Shown piece by piece: positions 9,192-18,941 of a stretch of 57,578 nt of DNA. Source of the stretch: a virus (lineage: Duplodnaviria; Caudoviricetes). The translations under genes were made by a program, and so were the position numbers. How positions within the stretch are numbered: position 1 is the first letter of the stretch; the number at the start of each line of letters is the position of its first letter. The DNA lies in the IMG/VR virus record IMGVR_UViG_3300046049_000065, positions 1-57,578 of that record; one strand, 5' to 3'. The notes under the pieces are model-generated. The model did not search any database. It had not been told where the DNA came from and saw nothing but the letters and a program-made list of their open reading frames with translations.

Positions 9192-9459
9192 CGGCGGTAC
9201 CGACACGGGCGGGACTGAGCGATATACGGGCTGGAAAAGTCAAATTCGCTCAGAGTTAGAGGCGTTCGAAGGAGAAGGCCCGCCATCCGTTGACCAACTG
9301 TGGTCGGTCGCACAGCACGAGTCGGAGTCGGCGGCTTCGTGGATGCACGATATGCCCTGCGCCGAACAGGAGATTCAGACGGCGAAAGGAGATGTGCTGA
9401 AGGCACTGGTGGCGCTGGAGATGGCCGAAGACCGTCTTATGGAAGTGACCGACTCGTGA
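9184..9459 (+). CDS. hypothetical protein
   Basis: Acidic, coupled. Confidence 0.65.
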   Translation: MTDGGTDTGGTERYTGWKSQIRSELEAFEGEGPPSVDQLWSVAQHESESAASWMHDMPCAEQEIQTAKGDVLKALVALEMAEDRLMEVTDS

Positions 9460-9695
9460 CCGGCACTGAACGATTCAGCCCGAATGCCGTAGAACGACAT
9501 TCAGGAACGAAAGAATGCAATCACGGCGGGTGCCGGGAGACTGCAGACTGGGATATCCATTACATCGACCGTCATGCAACACTGGGGTTGAGACGCGCTT
9601 GCGACGAACATGTTGAGTATTACTGGGGGTATCACCCAGAAGAAAACCAGTCGGTAGCGCCGGACAACGAGTCCAGCGGCGGAGGGTCGCCGTGA
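9456..9695 (+). CDS. small Cys/His protein
   Basis: CNHGGC...CDEH; GTGA overlap. Confidence 0.6.
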   Translation: MTGTERFSPNAVERHSGTKECNHGGCRETADWDIHYIDRHATLGLRRACDEHVEYYWGYHPEENQSVAPDNESSGGGSP

Positions 9696-9943
9696 CCCTG
9701 CGCGTTGCCGAGGCGCTGGCCGACCGGACCGCCAAAGCCGCCCTTGAGGGCGCCGACCCGCGCGAGGTTGCCTGCCCGAATTCGGAGTGCGACGGCATCG
9801 TCGACGCCCAGCGCGTGACTACCGGCCGCCTTGCGTCGGCGTGCTGCGGTAACACGTACGCCGAGCTTCGAGATGCCGCCACGCCCGACACGGAGCAGCG
9901 CGAGCCGATGGCCAACGCCTATCAGTTCGAGGTCGGACCATGA
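9692..9943 (+). CDS. small zinc-binding protein
   Basis: CPNSEC...CCG. Confidence 0.65.
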   Translation: MTLRVAEALADRTAKAALEGADPREVACPNSECDGIVDAQRVTTGRLASACCGNTYAELRDAATPDTEQREPMANAYQFEVGP

Positions 9944-10308
9944 GTGTCAGCCGTCTGTCTGACACGGATGCCCAGTCGCGCCCCCTTCAGGCCGCGAGCG
10001 CCGCAGAATATATAGGGTTCCGTTTCGACTCGAAATGCAACAGGATAGGAGAACCCAGCAGCTGCTCACCGGCTGAGTGGCAGGCGGGGGCGTGGCGGCC
10101 CCCTCAGAACTCACACGTGTTCCCTGCTTCTCGCCGGGTTGGTATAAGCCTAACGCCCAGCGGTAGCCGTGGGTCCGCGATTCGCCGCGACGGCCGCGGT
10201 CACCGCTGGGGTAGGTATAGCTGGTCTCACGTCCGAGACCCCATGCTCGCCCACTCGACGACCCAGCAGTCTCGACAGCCCGCCGTTCGTGGGGGTGGTG
10301 CCCGATGA
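9940..10308 (+). CDS. atypical basic ORF upstream of rep (may overlap promoter/origin)
   Basis: ATGA overlaps at both ends, but non-acidic composition. Confidence 0.35.
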   Translation: MSVSRLSDTDAQSRPLQAASAAEYIGFRFDSKCNRIGEPSSCSPAEWQAGAWRPPQNSHVFPASRRVGISLTPSGSRGSAIRRDGRGHRWGRYSWSHVRDPMLAHSTTQQSRQPAVRGGGAR

Positions 10309-12848
10309 CCGACGAGATTGGCATCGATACCGGGGCCACCCTCACCGCGACCGACCAGCCCCCGCTGTCGGCGGTCGACGTCGCGGCCGACCAGCCGCCG
10401 AGTCAGTTCTGGACGGCGCTGTTTGACGACGACCGTGTTCGAGACACGTTCGCACGGGCGGCACGGGCTTTCGCGAGCGGGCGGACGGTCCCCGAACTGT
10501 TCGACGCCCTTGAGGAGCGCGATGTCCCGTACTGGCTCTGGTCGTGGATTCGTGACGTCGCCCGTGGCGATAAGGCCGCCGCACTCCATCTCATCGGCCG
10601 GCTGCTGCCCGGCCTCGGCCACGGCCACTCCAGTCTCGACGACATTTCACCGGTCATCAACCTGCTGGAGGCCGTTGAAGACCCGGTCCCGACCATTGCC
10701 GTCCGCGTCGACGACAGCTTTCGGGACCGGCCGCGCCAGCAGCGCAAGGCCGTTCTGGAGCTGGTCGTCCACCTCGCCCAGCATTTCAACGTCCGACTGG
10801 TCGCACCGCAAGTGACCGGCCGGTGGGTCTGCCAGACCCACCGCGAGACGCTGCCCCGCGTTAGCGAGTGGTCGATTACTCCCCCCGACGCGCCGCCGAC
10901 CGAGGCGGCTGTCGCCGAGGCCTGCGACGCGCTCGATCCCGACGGCCGCCCGGTCGCTATCCTCCGCCGACTCGCCGCGTGTCCGTCCGGCAGCCAGACC
11001 TTCGGCGAGGCCTACGCTGCGGCGACCGTCGACGAGAGCCGCGTGCGCCAGTGTTTCAACCGGCTCGCCGCGGTCGGCCTCGTCGAGCGCTTCGGGCCCG
11101 ACCAGGACCGCCGCGTCGAGATCCTCGAGGCGGGCGACGAGTTCCTCGAGGTGCTGGACGCCGATATCGGCCGCCAGCAGTCGCTTGAGGAGAGCGTTAG
11201 CGACCCCCCAAAAAGCCACCCACAGGCCGTGTTATCCCGCGCAAGCACGGGAGGGGGGGATGGACGGGGACTGCCGTACCGAACCGCCTGGTGCGGCCGG
11301 GCCGAACAGTGTCTCGTCGGCGGCGCTGCGTCAGCTGGAGAGGTGCAGCTGGTCAAGACGGTCACTGCAGCCGATGCGGATGGCGAAGCGCGGCGGGAGC
11401 GGCGCATTTCCTACGACGCGAACCGCGATGAGGTCTTGGTTAGTGTCGGCGTCGCTGGGGGCCTCCAGTACATAGTGAGTCTTGCTGTGGCGTTAGCGTC
11501 GGCGCCGCTGCTGGAGCGAGCGCTTCCCGATGACCGTCTTGAGGCTATCGACGAGGACCACGAGTGGCTGCGGGGCGCTCGGAACATCGGGTACCTGTCT
11601 GACGAGGCGCTGGCGGATCCCGACCGACTCCGCGAGGACCTCGTCGACGCCGGTAGGGAAATTGCGGAGATGACCCGAGACCACCACTGCGAGGAATACG
11701 ACGACCGAGACCGGCACCGAGCCGACATCATGCAGGATGCCCACGGCCTGGCTGGGTCGCTGGTTCACCTGTTTGACACCGTCGGGTGCTCCGTCCACCG
11801 CCGCATCCGGCTCGCCGAGGGCCTCGAGGACAGGAAGCTCCAGGCAATCGCGAAGACGGTCGGCATCAGCAGCGCCATCCAGTCGCGGTACGGGTCGTTT
11901 GCGGTCTATCGCCAGCTGTTCGAGACCGACGCCGGCGAGCCGCACCTCTCCCCGACCGTTGACGCCGTCGACCCGGTCGGCCACGTCATCGGCGGGACCG
12001 TCATCACGGGCCCCGACGTCGACCGGCTCCGGGACCCGCTGACATCATGGCTCCGGCAGCCCGGCGAACTCGTTGAGGATCCCGAGGCATTCGTCGTTCG
12101 GATGGCCGTCAAGCGGGCCGGTCGGGACGTCTATCGGGGGGTCCTCGGGCGTGGCCTCCAGCACAAGCATTTGCATCCGACCGAGGCGGCGACGGATCTG
12201 CTGTATGGGTTCTGTCCGTCGCCGAAAGCCATAGCTGAGGCCGTGATGCGCCAACTCCAGCGCGGCGAACCACGAGACCTCCGCCCCGACGAGGTTCGGC
12301 AGATCCTTCGAGGCGTCGACGCCGAGGCGCTGGTCCCCGAGCTGCCCCGGACGGTCGGCGCCGTCCTCGCCGCGCTCCTTGAACTGGACGGCCAGATCGG
12401 CCGCATCTCCCAGCGCGAGCTTGCTGATCGGGCCGGCGTCTCGACGCAGTCTGTCCGCAACAATCGCGAGTTCCTCCAAGCGCTGGACATTGTCGATGTC
12501 GATGCCGACGGCTGGCGGCTGGCCGTCGCGTACAACAGCCGCAAGGAGCGACGCGACCCCCGGCTCCCGGCGTCGGTCAGGGCGGCACTCCCCGAGACAC
12601 TTGACTTAATCGTCGCGACGGCGCTGCCGCCCGGCCGGTACGGCGACCCCGACGACCCTGTCGGGAGCGTGTTGCACTGGCCGCCGGATCCGTGGCGGTT
12701 GCTCGAGGCCGACCACGAGCTGGGCCCGTGGCTGGCGCTGGCGGCCCGCCTCGCCGGCGTCGCCCGGCCCGAGGAGTCGTCAACGGTCGAGATGGGCCCG
12801 ACCATCGTCCAAGAGCCTATCGCCGACGACGGGAGGGCGGCGGCATGA
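10305..12848 (+). CDS. repH: RepH-like replication protein with winged-helix/HTH domains
   Basis: 847 aa with a central wHTH and a C-terminal HTH (SQRELADRAGVSTQSVRN). Resemblance to haloarchaeal plasmid/phiH RepH is from recall. Confidence 0.55.
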   Translation: MTDEIGIDTGATLTATDQPPLSAVDVAADQPPSQFWTALFDDDRVRDTFARAARAFASGRTVPELFDALEERDVPYWLWSWIRDVARGDKAAALHLIGRLLPGLGHGHSSLDDISPVINLLEAVEDPVPTIAVRVDDSFRDRPRQQRKAVLELVVHLAQHFNVRLVAPQVTGRWVCQTHRETLPRVSEWSITPPDAPPTEAAVAEACDALDPDGRPVAILRRLAACPSGSQTFGEAYAAATVDESRVRQCFNRLAAVGLVERFGPDQDRRVEILEAGDEFLEVLDADIGRQQSLEESVSDPPKSHPQAVLSRASTGGGDGRGLPYRTAWCGRAEQCLVGGAASAGEVQLVKTVTAADADGEARRERRISYDANRDEVLVSVGVAGGLQYIVSLAVALASAPLLERALPDDRLEAIDEDHEWLRGARNIGYLSDEALADPDRLREDLVDAGREIAEMTRDHHCEEYDDRDRHRADIMQDAHGLAGSLVHLFDTVGCSVHRRIRLAEGLEDRKLQAIAKTVGISSAIQSRYGSFAVYRQLFETDAGEPHLSPTVDAVDPVGHVIGGTVITGPDVDRLRDPLTSWLRQPGELVEDPEAFVVRMAVKRAGRDVYRGVLGRGLQHKHLHPTEAATDLLYGFCPSPKAIAEAVMRQLQRGEPRDLRPDEVRQILRGVDAEALVPELPRTVGAVLAALLELDGQIGRISQRELADRAGVSTQSVRNNREFLQALDIVDVDADGWRLAVAYNSRKERRDPRLPASVRAALPETLDLIVATALPPGRYGDPDDPVGSVLHWPPDPWRLLEADHELGPWLALAARLAGVARPEESSTVEMGPTIVQEPIADDGRAAA

Positions 12849-13255
12849 CCGGCGAGCAGCCCTCAGACGATATCGACCACACTGGAGAGCCTGTGTCGGA
12901 CTATGCGTCGAAAACTGTGATGCTCGTTGCCAGCCACGACGATGTCATTTCGGTTGAGGGGTACGGCGAGATGACTGTCGCCAAGCGGACAGACACGTAT
13001 TTTGGTCCGGAACTGACGCTGGTCGCTAACGACGGAACAAACTACCGGTTGGTTGCTCCTGGATTCGCGCTTGATCTTGAACTCTGGCGAGCTGTCACCG
13101 ACGACGAGGACTTCGTCGAAGGCTGGAACCGTGTCGGCGAAATTGCTGCCAAGCTGGCTGAGGTCGGCGATGCTCCGCAGTGCGAGTGTGGAGAGTTGTT
13201 ATCAACACGCCGTGAGAAACGACAGGCGTTCATCGCGGGGGTGTGTCCGCATTGA
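12845..13255 (+). CDS. hypothetical protein with C-terminal Cys motif
   Basis: ATGA overlap; CECG...CPH. Confidence 0.65.
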   Translation: MTGEQPSDDIDHTGEPVSDYASKTVMLVASHDDVISVEGYGEMTVAKRTDTYFGPELTLVANDGTNYRLVAPGFALDLELWRAVTDDEDFVEGWNRVGEIAAKLAEVGDAPQCECGELLSTRREKRQAFIAGVCPH

Positions 13256-13464
13256 CTACTAGCGGTACTGAACATTCAAAGGTGAGGCGGCCACCCGTCC
13301 TCGCAACTCCTGAAGCGGTTGCTGACCTCGCAGAGAACGTCGCACTCGACTGTGTTGAGCATGCTAACGCGGATAAAAATGAGATCGCTCACAGACTAGA
13401 GTCGGTCGCACAAGAAGTCCGTGAGTGCTCAGTAAACGCGGACAACGACCAGGAGGACGACTAG
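13243..13464 (+). CDS. hypothetical protein
   Basis: Acidic ORF in operon. Confidence 0.5.
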   Translation: MSALTTSGTEHSKVRRPPVLATPEAVADLAENVALDCVEHANADKNEIAHRLESVAQEVRECSVNADNDQEDD

Positions 13465-13901
13465 TGACCGAGATTGACCTCTTCGAAGAGTCGCCCCACG
13501 ACCCCGCCGCCGGCACCGAGCGCGTTCTCCAGGCGCTCGAAAAGAACACCGGCACCTCGGAAGGCGACCTGTCACCGTCGTTCTCGGAGCGCGGCCTTCG
13601 AACGGTCTGCTGTGCTGACGGCTCGCTCACCCCGGAGCAACTCGACTATTGTCTCAAGCGAGCCATCGACCAAAATTGTATCCTATCGTACCGGACCGAC
13701 CGCCAGTACCACTTCGTCCGCCGCGATGCAGCCCATCTCATCGCCCTCGCCGAGCAGTGGGGCGACGCCCGACACCACCAGTCGGCGCGCGACCGCCTCC
13801 GGCAGCTGATCGAGACGGTTTCGGAAGCCGACGACCTCGGCGAGGCGGCGACCCAGCAGGTCGTCGCGGCCGCCAACGGAGCACTTCAGAAATTCTCATG
13901 A
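13464..13901 (+). CDS. hypothetical protein (possible wHTH)
   Basis: GGAGG SD, GTG start. Confidence 0.65.
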   Translation: MTEIDLFEESPHDPAAGTERVLQALEKNTGTSEGDLSPSFSERGLRTVCCADGSLTPEQLDYCLKRAIDQNCILSYRTDRQYHFVRRDAAHLIALAEQWGDARHHQSARDRLRQLIETVSEADDLGEAATQQVVAAANGALQKFS

Positions 13902-14158
13902 CGACGATCAGCCTCCGAGACGCCCCCGAGACGGTCTGCGAGGACCTCCCGCCGACGTGCAAACTGACGTACCTCATACTGCAGACTAACGGCCGGCTGA
14001 CCCAGCAGGAGCTCATTGAGGACACGGCGCTCCCCTCGCGAACGGTCCGGTATGCGGTCGCCCGGCTCGAAGACGCCGACATGATCGCCTCGGAGTGGTC
14101 AGTTGCGGACGCCCGCCAACGAGAGTACTGGATACCGGAACCGAATTCCGATAGATAA
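13898..14158 (+). CDS. MarR-like winged-helix regulator
   Basis: LPPTCKL...LTQQELIEDTALPSRTVRYAVARL...DARQREY. Confidence 0.85.
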   Translation: MTTISLRDAPETVCEDLPPTCKLTYLILQTNGRLTQQELIEDTALPSRTVRYAVARLEDADMIASEWSVADARQREYWIPEPNSDR

Positions 14159-14281
14159 CGGCCTTTGATACAGCGGCGTGAATAGCCGGCAACGCTTCCC
14201 GACCTACCACCCGGTCAAACTACACACAATCCGTCGTCGAGTCCAGCGATGACGCGACGGGTTGGCCCGACAGTCCTTCGT

Positions 14282-14878
14282 ATGTCTACCACGTCCAGCC
14301 CTACAGTTACGACTGCGAGTCGCATCGCCCGCGACCGGACCGATCTGTACACCATCGCCATCCGCGACTCGCCGGAGGTGTGCTCGCGGTGCCATGCTCG
14401 CGTCCGCGCGCCGGAACACGCCGAGTCCGACCGCCTCTGGCAGACGCCGGAATTTGAGTCCGACTACGCCGACCCGAACACGCTCGGGACCGGCGACGAC
14501 GAGCTGGCCCCGCTGCAGCGCGCCCGTGATGGACTCGCCGGCTTCGACGTGGAAGTGGAGGACAACCACGGCGCCCTCAAACTTTACAATCTTCGGACGT
14601 TCTGCTCGATTTGCGGCCGCCCGCCGTCAATGGCCCCGGATAGCCCACCCTCCCGTCAGACGATGATGTCCCGCATCGCGCCGCTTGTTGACCGCTTTGA
14701 CGACATGAGCGTGCCGCTGAACCCGGACGCACTTCGACGAGCGGTCAGTTATCTCCGCTCGGAGCCTGAGTATCACGGCCTCCGAACCGAGATCTGGCGG
14801 GCAGCCGTTGCCGTGGCGGCTCGACGAGCTCGACCGCGGGACTGCGTTCGGTGCACATTCGGCTCCGACGCGGAGTAG
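14282..14878 (+). CDS. zinc-binding hypothetical protein
   Basis: CSRC, CSIC. Confidence 0.7.
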   Translation: MSTTSSPTVTTASRIARDRTDLYTIAIRDSPEVCSRCHARVRAPEHAESDRLWQTPEFESDYADPNTLGTGDDELAPLQRARDGLAGFDVEVEDNHGALKLYNLRTFCSICGRPPSMAPDSPPSRQTMMSRIAPLVDRFDDMSVPLNPDALRRAVSYLRSEPEYHGLRTEIWRAAVAVAARRARPRDCVRCTFGSDAE

Positions 14879-14929
14879 CCGCCCCGTACAGACCGTACGG
14901 GACGTACGGTACGAACAGGACGAGAGGAG

Positions 14930-15166
14930 ATGCAACCGATGTCGATCAACGCACAGCAGCCCCCGGAGCGCGTCGCCTACGAGACGCTCCAGGGCACAAT
15001 CGAGACGCGGACGGTCGTGGACGAGCGGCTCCATATCGAGAACTGCCAGCCGACGCAACTGTTCAAAGTCGAAGCGGGCAACGCCGGCCGGTGGCTCCAC
15101 CGCGAGGAGGTTATCGCGACCGACCCCGACCTGCAACTCGAGAACTTCACACATGAGCAACTATGA
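14930..15166 (+). CDS. hypothetical protein
   Basis: GAGGAG SD; acidic. Confidence 0.6.
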   Translation: MQPMSINAQQPPERVAYETLQGTIETRTVVDERLHIENCQPTQLFKVEAGNAGRWLHREEVIATDPDLQLENFTHEQL

Positions 15167-15169
15167 CCG

Positions 15170-15421
15170 ATGAAGAAGGCACGACGGGTCGGCGGCCTGC
15201 TAGCCTTGGGGACATTGCTGGCCTTGGTCAGCGCACACACCGTCCACCCAGAGATCGTCCTCCAGACCGAGGACAAGCTCTTGCTGACGGCCATCGTGTC
15301 GGCGCTGCTGGGCGTCGACATCCTCGCGAAGCGTTCCGACGTGCTTCGCGGCGCGCTCTCGGGGGCCATCGCCGGCGCGTTCGAGGCGCCCGACGACGGG
15401 GGGCCGGATAATGGAGAGTGA
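15170..15421 (+). CDS. small 2-TM membrane protein (holin-like candidate)
   Basis: Two hydrophobic segments. Confidence 0.6.
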   Translation: MKKARRVGGLLALGTLLALVSAHTVHPEIVLQTEDKLLLTAIVSALLGVDILAKRSDVLRGALSGAIAGAFEAPDDGGPDNGE

Positions 15422-15749
15422 GTTCGTCGACACCATCGGCGTGATCGCCGGCGGCCTGTGGCTGGCCGGCGCGCTGTACTGGCAGGTCGTCTCGAGGCGG
15501 GACTGCCCGGTGAAATACTCGGTCGCCATGACGATCGTCGGCACGTCGCTGCTGTTCGGGAGCTCGGCGATCGTCGTGCAGACCACCTCCGAGGCCGCCA
15601 TCGCACTCGGAATCGTGGCCAACCTGTTGATGCTGGCGCTGGGGATCGCCGTGCATGTCCATCTCTCGCGGTCGCTGGACGACGAGGACGACGACTCGGG
15701 AAACGGGGCAGCGGAGTCGGCCCGGACGCCCGACTCCGACGTGCGATGA
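15411..15749 (+). CDS. 3-TM membrane protein
   Basis: Three hydrophobic segments, acidic tail. Confidence 0.65.
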   Translation: MESEFVDTIGVIAGGLWLAGALYWQVVSRRDCPVKYSVAMTIVGTSLLFGSSAIVVQTTSEAAIALGIVANLLMLALGIAVHVHLSRSLDDEDDDSGNGAAESARTPDSDVR

Positions 15750-15994
15750 CCGAGGCCGGCGACGATACATGGAACTCGCTGCCGGACGCTTCCGACCCGG
15801 ACCGCCCCGATGTCGCGGCCGCCCTCGAGGACGGCGACCTCTACGTCTACGCCGAGGCGGACCTCGAGGACATCGCCGCCGAAGTGTTCGCCCAGGTCCG
15901 AGAGCTCGAGGGCGTCGACGACACGCAGGCGACCGAGATCGCGACCATGATTTACGACCTCCACACCGGGGACTGGCTCCACACCGATGAGTGA
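15746..15994 (+). CDS. acidic hypothetical protein
   Basis: ATGA coupling. Confidence 0.65.
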   Translation: MTEAGDDTWNSLPDASDPDRPDVAAALEDGDLYVYAEADLEDIAAEVFAQVRELEGVDDTQATEIATMIYDLHTGDWLHTDE

Positions 15995-17444
15995 CGCCCC
16001 GACACCCCCCAATCTCACGGACCGGCAGCGCGAGATACTCGCGGCGCTCCCCCAAGAAAGCCTCCGGACGTGGGCCGAGGCGGTCGGGCTGACGAAGAGT
16101 GGGGCAGAGTCGGCGAAGAACCGGCTCAACGACCACGAGGGCATCGACATCCAGCTTGTTGACGGTCAGTGGCGCAATACCGGGGCCGACGACCCGTCGC
16201 AAGACAGTGCGGATAGCGATTCGACGCTGCCGGACCTTGCCGACGTGGCCGTCGCCGACGAGGAGCCCTCGCCGGACGACCTGACGGACCGCGAGGAGTA
16301 CCTCGCCCACCAGCTCGCCACTGGGGCGACGCTGGCGGAGCTGGCCGACGACCTCGAGGAGCGCCCGAGCGTCGTCACGACGCACCTCCGAGATCTCCGC
16401 CGGCAGGGCTGGCAAGTCTACATCGACGAGTCGGCCGACCACATCACCATCGAAGGTGACCGCCCCCTCCGTTCGAGTGAGCACACCGGCACGCGAACGC
16501 GAAAGGCGAACCGCTGGTGGGAGACGCGGCACAACGAACTCGTCCGACAGTACCGCGCGCTGGACGCCCCGACGACCGATGTGGAGGCGACGGCTGGCAA
16601 CGAGGACTGGGTGCTGCACCTGACGGACCTCCACGCCGGCGACCGCGTCCGGGCCCACGACGGCTCCATCGTTTATTCGACGGCCGAGGTGCCGCACATC
16701 ATCGACTACGCGACGGAGAAAGGCCTCGCGCTGGCCGAGAAACACAACGCCACCTACGACTGTGCGCACCTGCTGTGGGGCGGCGACTTCGTCACTAACG
16801 AAGGCATCTACGAAGGGCAGTTCGAGGACCTCGACGCGTGGCTCGACGAGCAGGTGGATACGCTGCACGACCCGCTACTCCGGCAGATCAAGGCCTTCGC
16901 CGACCGCTTCCCGGTGGTGCAGGTGGTCGGCCAAATCGGCAACCACGGCGACATGCGAGCGTCCGGGACGAGCCGGCAGGCCAACGCCGATCTCCTCGTC
17001 TACAAATCGCTTCGCAACACTGTCGCGGCGCTCCAAGAGGAAGGCCTGCTACAGAACGTCCGGTTCCGCGTCGGGGAAGCGCGGAACTTCCGACACTTCC
17101 CGCTTCGCGGCGGGCTACTCCGGGGCCATCTCCGGCACGGTCAGGACCGCAAGCCGCAGGCGGAGACGAGCGCGCGGCTCAAGGAGTGGCTGTCGACGCT
17201 GATGGACGTCGAATATGACGTGGCCTACCTCGGTCACCACCACGTCTCGGGGCGCATCCCGTGGGATGGCCCGCCCATCATCGTCTCTGGCTCGCCGAAA
17301 CCGGCGGGGGAGTTCCTCGAGCGGCTGGGCGAGTGCGTCCCCAGCGACGCCGAGGACATCGCCACGGCCCACGGCGTTAGCGACGACGGCGTCACGGGGC
17401 TGTTCCCTATCGACACACGCGACTACGAAACACGGGCTAAGTGA
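15987..17444 (+). CDS. HTH-fused calcineurin-like metallophosphoesterase
   Basis: TDLH, GGD, GNHG, HG and GHHH motifs; two N-terminal LTDR..HTH units. Confidence 0.85.
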   Translation: MSDAPTPPNLTDRQREILAALPQESLRTWAEAVGLTKSGAESAKNRLNDHEGIDIQLVDGQWRNTGADDPSQDSADSDSTLPDLADVAVADEEPSPDDLTDREEYLAHQLATGATLAELADDLEERPSVVTTHLRDLRRQGWQVYIDESADHITIEGDRPLRSSEHTGTRTRKANRWWETRHNELVRQYRALDAPTTDVEATAGNEDWVLHLTDLHAGDRVRAHDGSIVYSTAEVPHIIDYATEKGLALAEKHNATYDCAHLLWGGDFVTNEGIYEGQFEDLDAWLDEQVDTLHDPLLRQIKAFADRFPVVQVVGQIGNHGDMRASGTSRQANADLLVYKSLRNTVAALQEEGLLQNVRFRVGEARNFRHFPLRGGLLRGHLRHGQDRKPQAETSARLKEWLSTLMDVEYDVAYLGHHHVSGRIPWDGPPIIVSGSPKPAGEFLERLGECVPSDAEDIATAHGVSDDGVTGLFPIDTRDYETRAK

Positions 17445-17469
17445 CCCACAACCTTTCCAACTCAACCCG

Positions 17470-17856
17470 ATGCCACCGACCGTCAATATCACGATCGCCC
17501 CGAACGAGAAGTACCGCCGCGTCATCGGCGCATCCGACGCCGACACCGACCGCCCAGAGCCACACGAGGCGTGGCCCGACGACCATCAGGCGGCGGCCGA
17601 CGCGTACACCGAGACCATCGAGGACGCCCCGATCGCCGAGGAGCTCTGCGGGGACTTCCCGGGCATTCCCGAACTCACGTGGGCCGATATCTCGCCGCCC
17701 GACGACCCCGAGCTGCTCGCGACGGTCGCGACGTACTTCGACGGCATGGCCCCCGACGAGCCGACGGCCCGACTCCGGGCGAAGTGTCGGCTGCTGGCCG
17801 TCGACACCTACTCGAACGCCCAAATCGCCGCCCGGAGCGAACTCCGTTTGGCGTAG
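17470..17856 (+). CDS. hypothetical protein
   Basis: Acidic ORF. Confidence 0.6.
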   Translation: MPPTVNITIAPNEKYRRVIGASDADTDRPEPHEAWPDDHQAAADAYTETIEDAPIAEELCGDFPGIPELTWADISPPDDPELLATVATYFDGMAPDEPTARLRAKCRLLAVDTYSNAQIAARSELRLA

Positions 17857-17858
17857 CG

Positions 17859-18086
17859 ATGGCGCGGACGGCCGCCACCATTAGCGAGGCTGCCTACGAG
17901 GCCCTGGCCGACGCAAAACGCGAAAACGAGTCGTTCACCGACGCTGTTCTCCGACTCACGGACGAAAAACCACCCGACGGGGGCGGTGAACTCGGTATGA
18001 ATACACTAACTGAGGACCACATCGCCGACATCGCCGACGAGACCGCTTGGCGGACCGCAGAGGAACTCGAACATCGCTTTCGGTGA
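17859..18086 (+). CDS. DUF217/VapB-like antitoxin-type DNA-binding protein
   Basis: TISEAAYEALADAKRENESFTDAVLRL. Confidence 0.75.
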   Translation: MARTAATISEAAYEALADAKRENESFTDAVLRLTDEKPPDGGGELGMNTLTEDHIADIADETAWRTAEELEHRFR

Positions 18087-18102
18087 ACACAGGACCAAAC
18101 AC

Positions 18103-18417
18103 ATGACCGACGAACCACACCTCATTCGAGGCGAACAGCGGGTCAACGTCGACTTCGACAACACGCTGACGACCGGCGATTTCCGGTACTGGGAGGGTGA
18201 ACGCCCCGAGCCGGACCCCGAAGTCGTTCACCGAGCCCGCGAGCACTACCACGCCGGCGGGACGCTCATCATCTGGACGGCGCGGCCGTGGAACGAGGCT
18301 AACCGCATCGCCGCCTACCTCACAGAGTGGCAACTACCGTACCACGGCCTCCGTTGCGAGAGGGGCTCGGGCGATCTCTACGTTGATGACAAGGCCGTCC
18401 ACCCAGACGACCTCTGA
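18103..18417 (+). CDS. minimal HAD-family phosphatase
   Basis: DFDNT, WTAR, YVDDK. Confidence 0.85.
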   Translation: MTDEPHLIRGEQRVNVDFDNTLTTGDFRYWEGERPEPDPEVVHRAREHYHAGGTLIIWTARPWNEANRIAAYLTEWQLPYHGLRCERGSGDLYVDDKAVHPDDL

Positions 18418-18419
18418 CA

Positions 18420-18629
18420 GTGTCGGAGTGCGAGCGCTGCGGCGCCGACCTTGAGGAAAAGGACGCCCGCGGTTGGTACCGCGATTACTGCCGCGAGTGC
18501 ATCACCGAATTGGGCCAGACCGACCGCCACATCGACACCTGCGAGCGCGAGGACTGCCCGGTCTGTTACTCGCACCCGGCGGGCGACGCCGACGCCGTCC
18601 GCTACAAGCACCTGGACGTCGGCCCCTGA
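18420..18629 (+). CDS. zinc-finger protein
   Basis: CERC, CREC, C...CPVC. Confidence 0.65.
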   Translation: MSECERCGADLEEKDARGWYRDYCRECITELGQTDRHIDTCEREDCPVCYSHPAGDADAVRYKHLDVGP

Positions 18630-18639
18630 CCGACCACCG

Positions 18640-18840
18640 ATGAACGATATCCCGCTCCAGCCGGCCGACCTCGGCCAGCAACCACCCGACCGCGACGACG
18701 CCGTCGAAGCCGGCGCGGCCGAGCTGCGCGACGGTCGGCTGACGCTGTACCATCCGGACCGCTCGAGCACGCATCCGGAACTCGACGAGTGGCTGCTCGC
18801 GGCCCCGGGCGCTTGGACGCATCTCGACGATGCACAATAA
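18640..18840 (+). CDS. hypothetical protein
   Basis: Acidic ORF. Confidence 0.55.
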   Translation: MNDIPLQPADLGQQPPDRDDAVEAGAAELRDGRLTLYHPDRSSTHPELDEWLLAAPGAWTHLDDAQ

Positions 18841-18941
18841 TCATGACGGACGACGACACGGACACGACGATGTCAACAGCGATGCGATGGCCGTTCACCG
18901 ACGCGACCGGGCCATGAACGGTCCAAACATCCAACCGGGCC

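Noticed and set aside
15200-16868. Long antisense ORFs (e.g. 15228..16868, also 3499..4689 and 41291..42346)
   Set aside because: Mirror frames of well-supported plus-strand genes.
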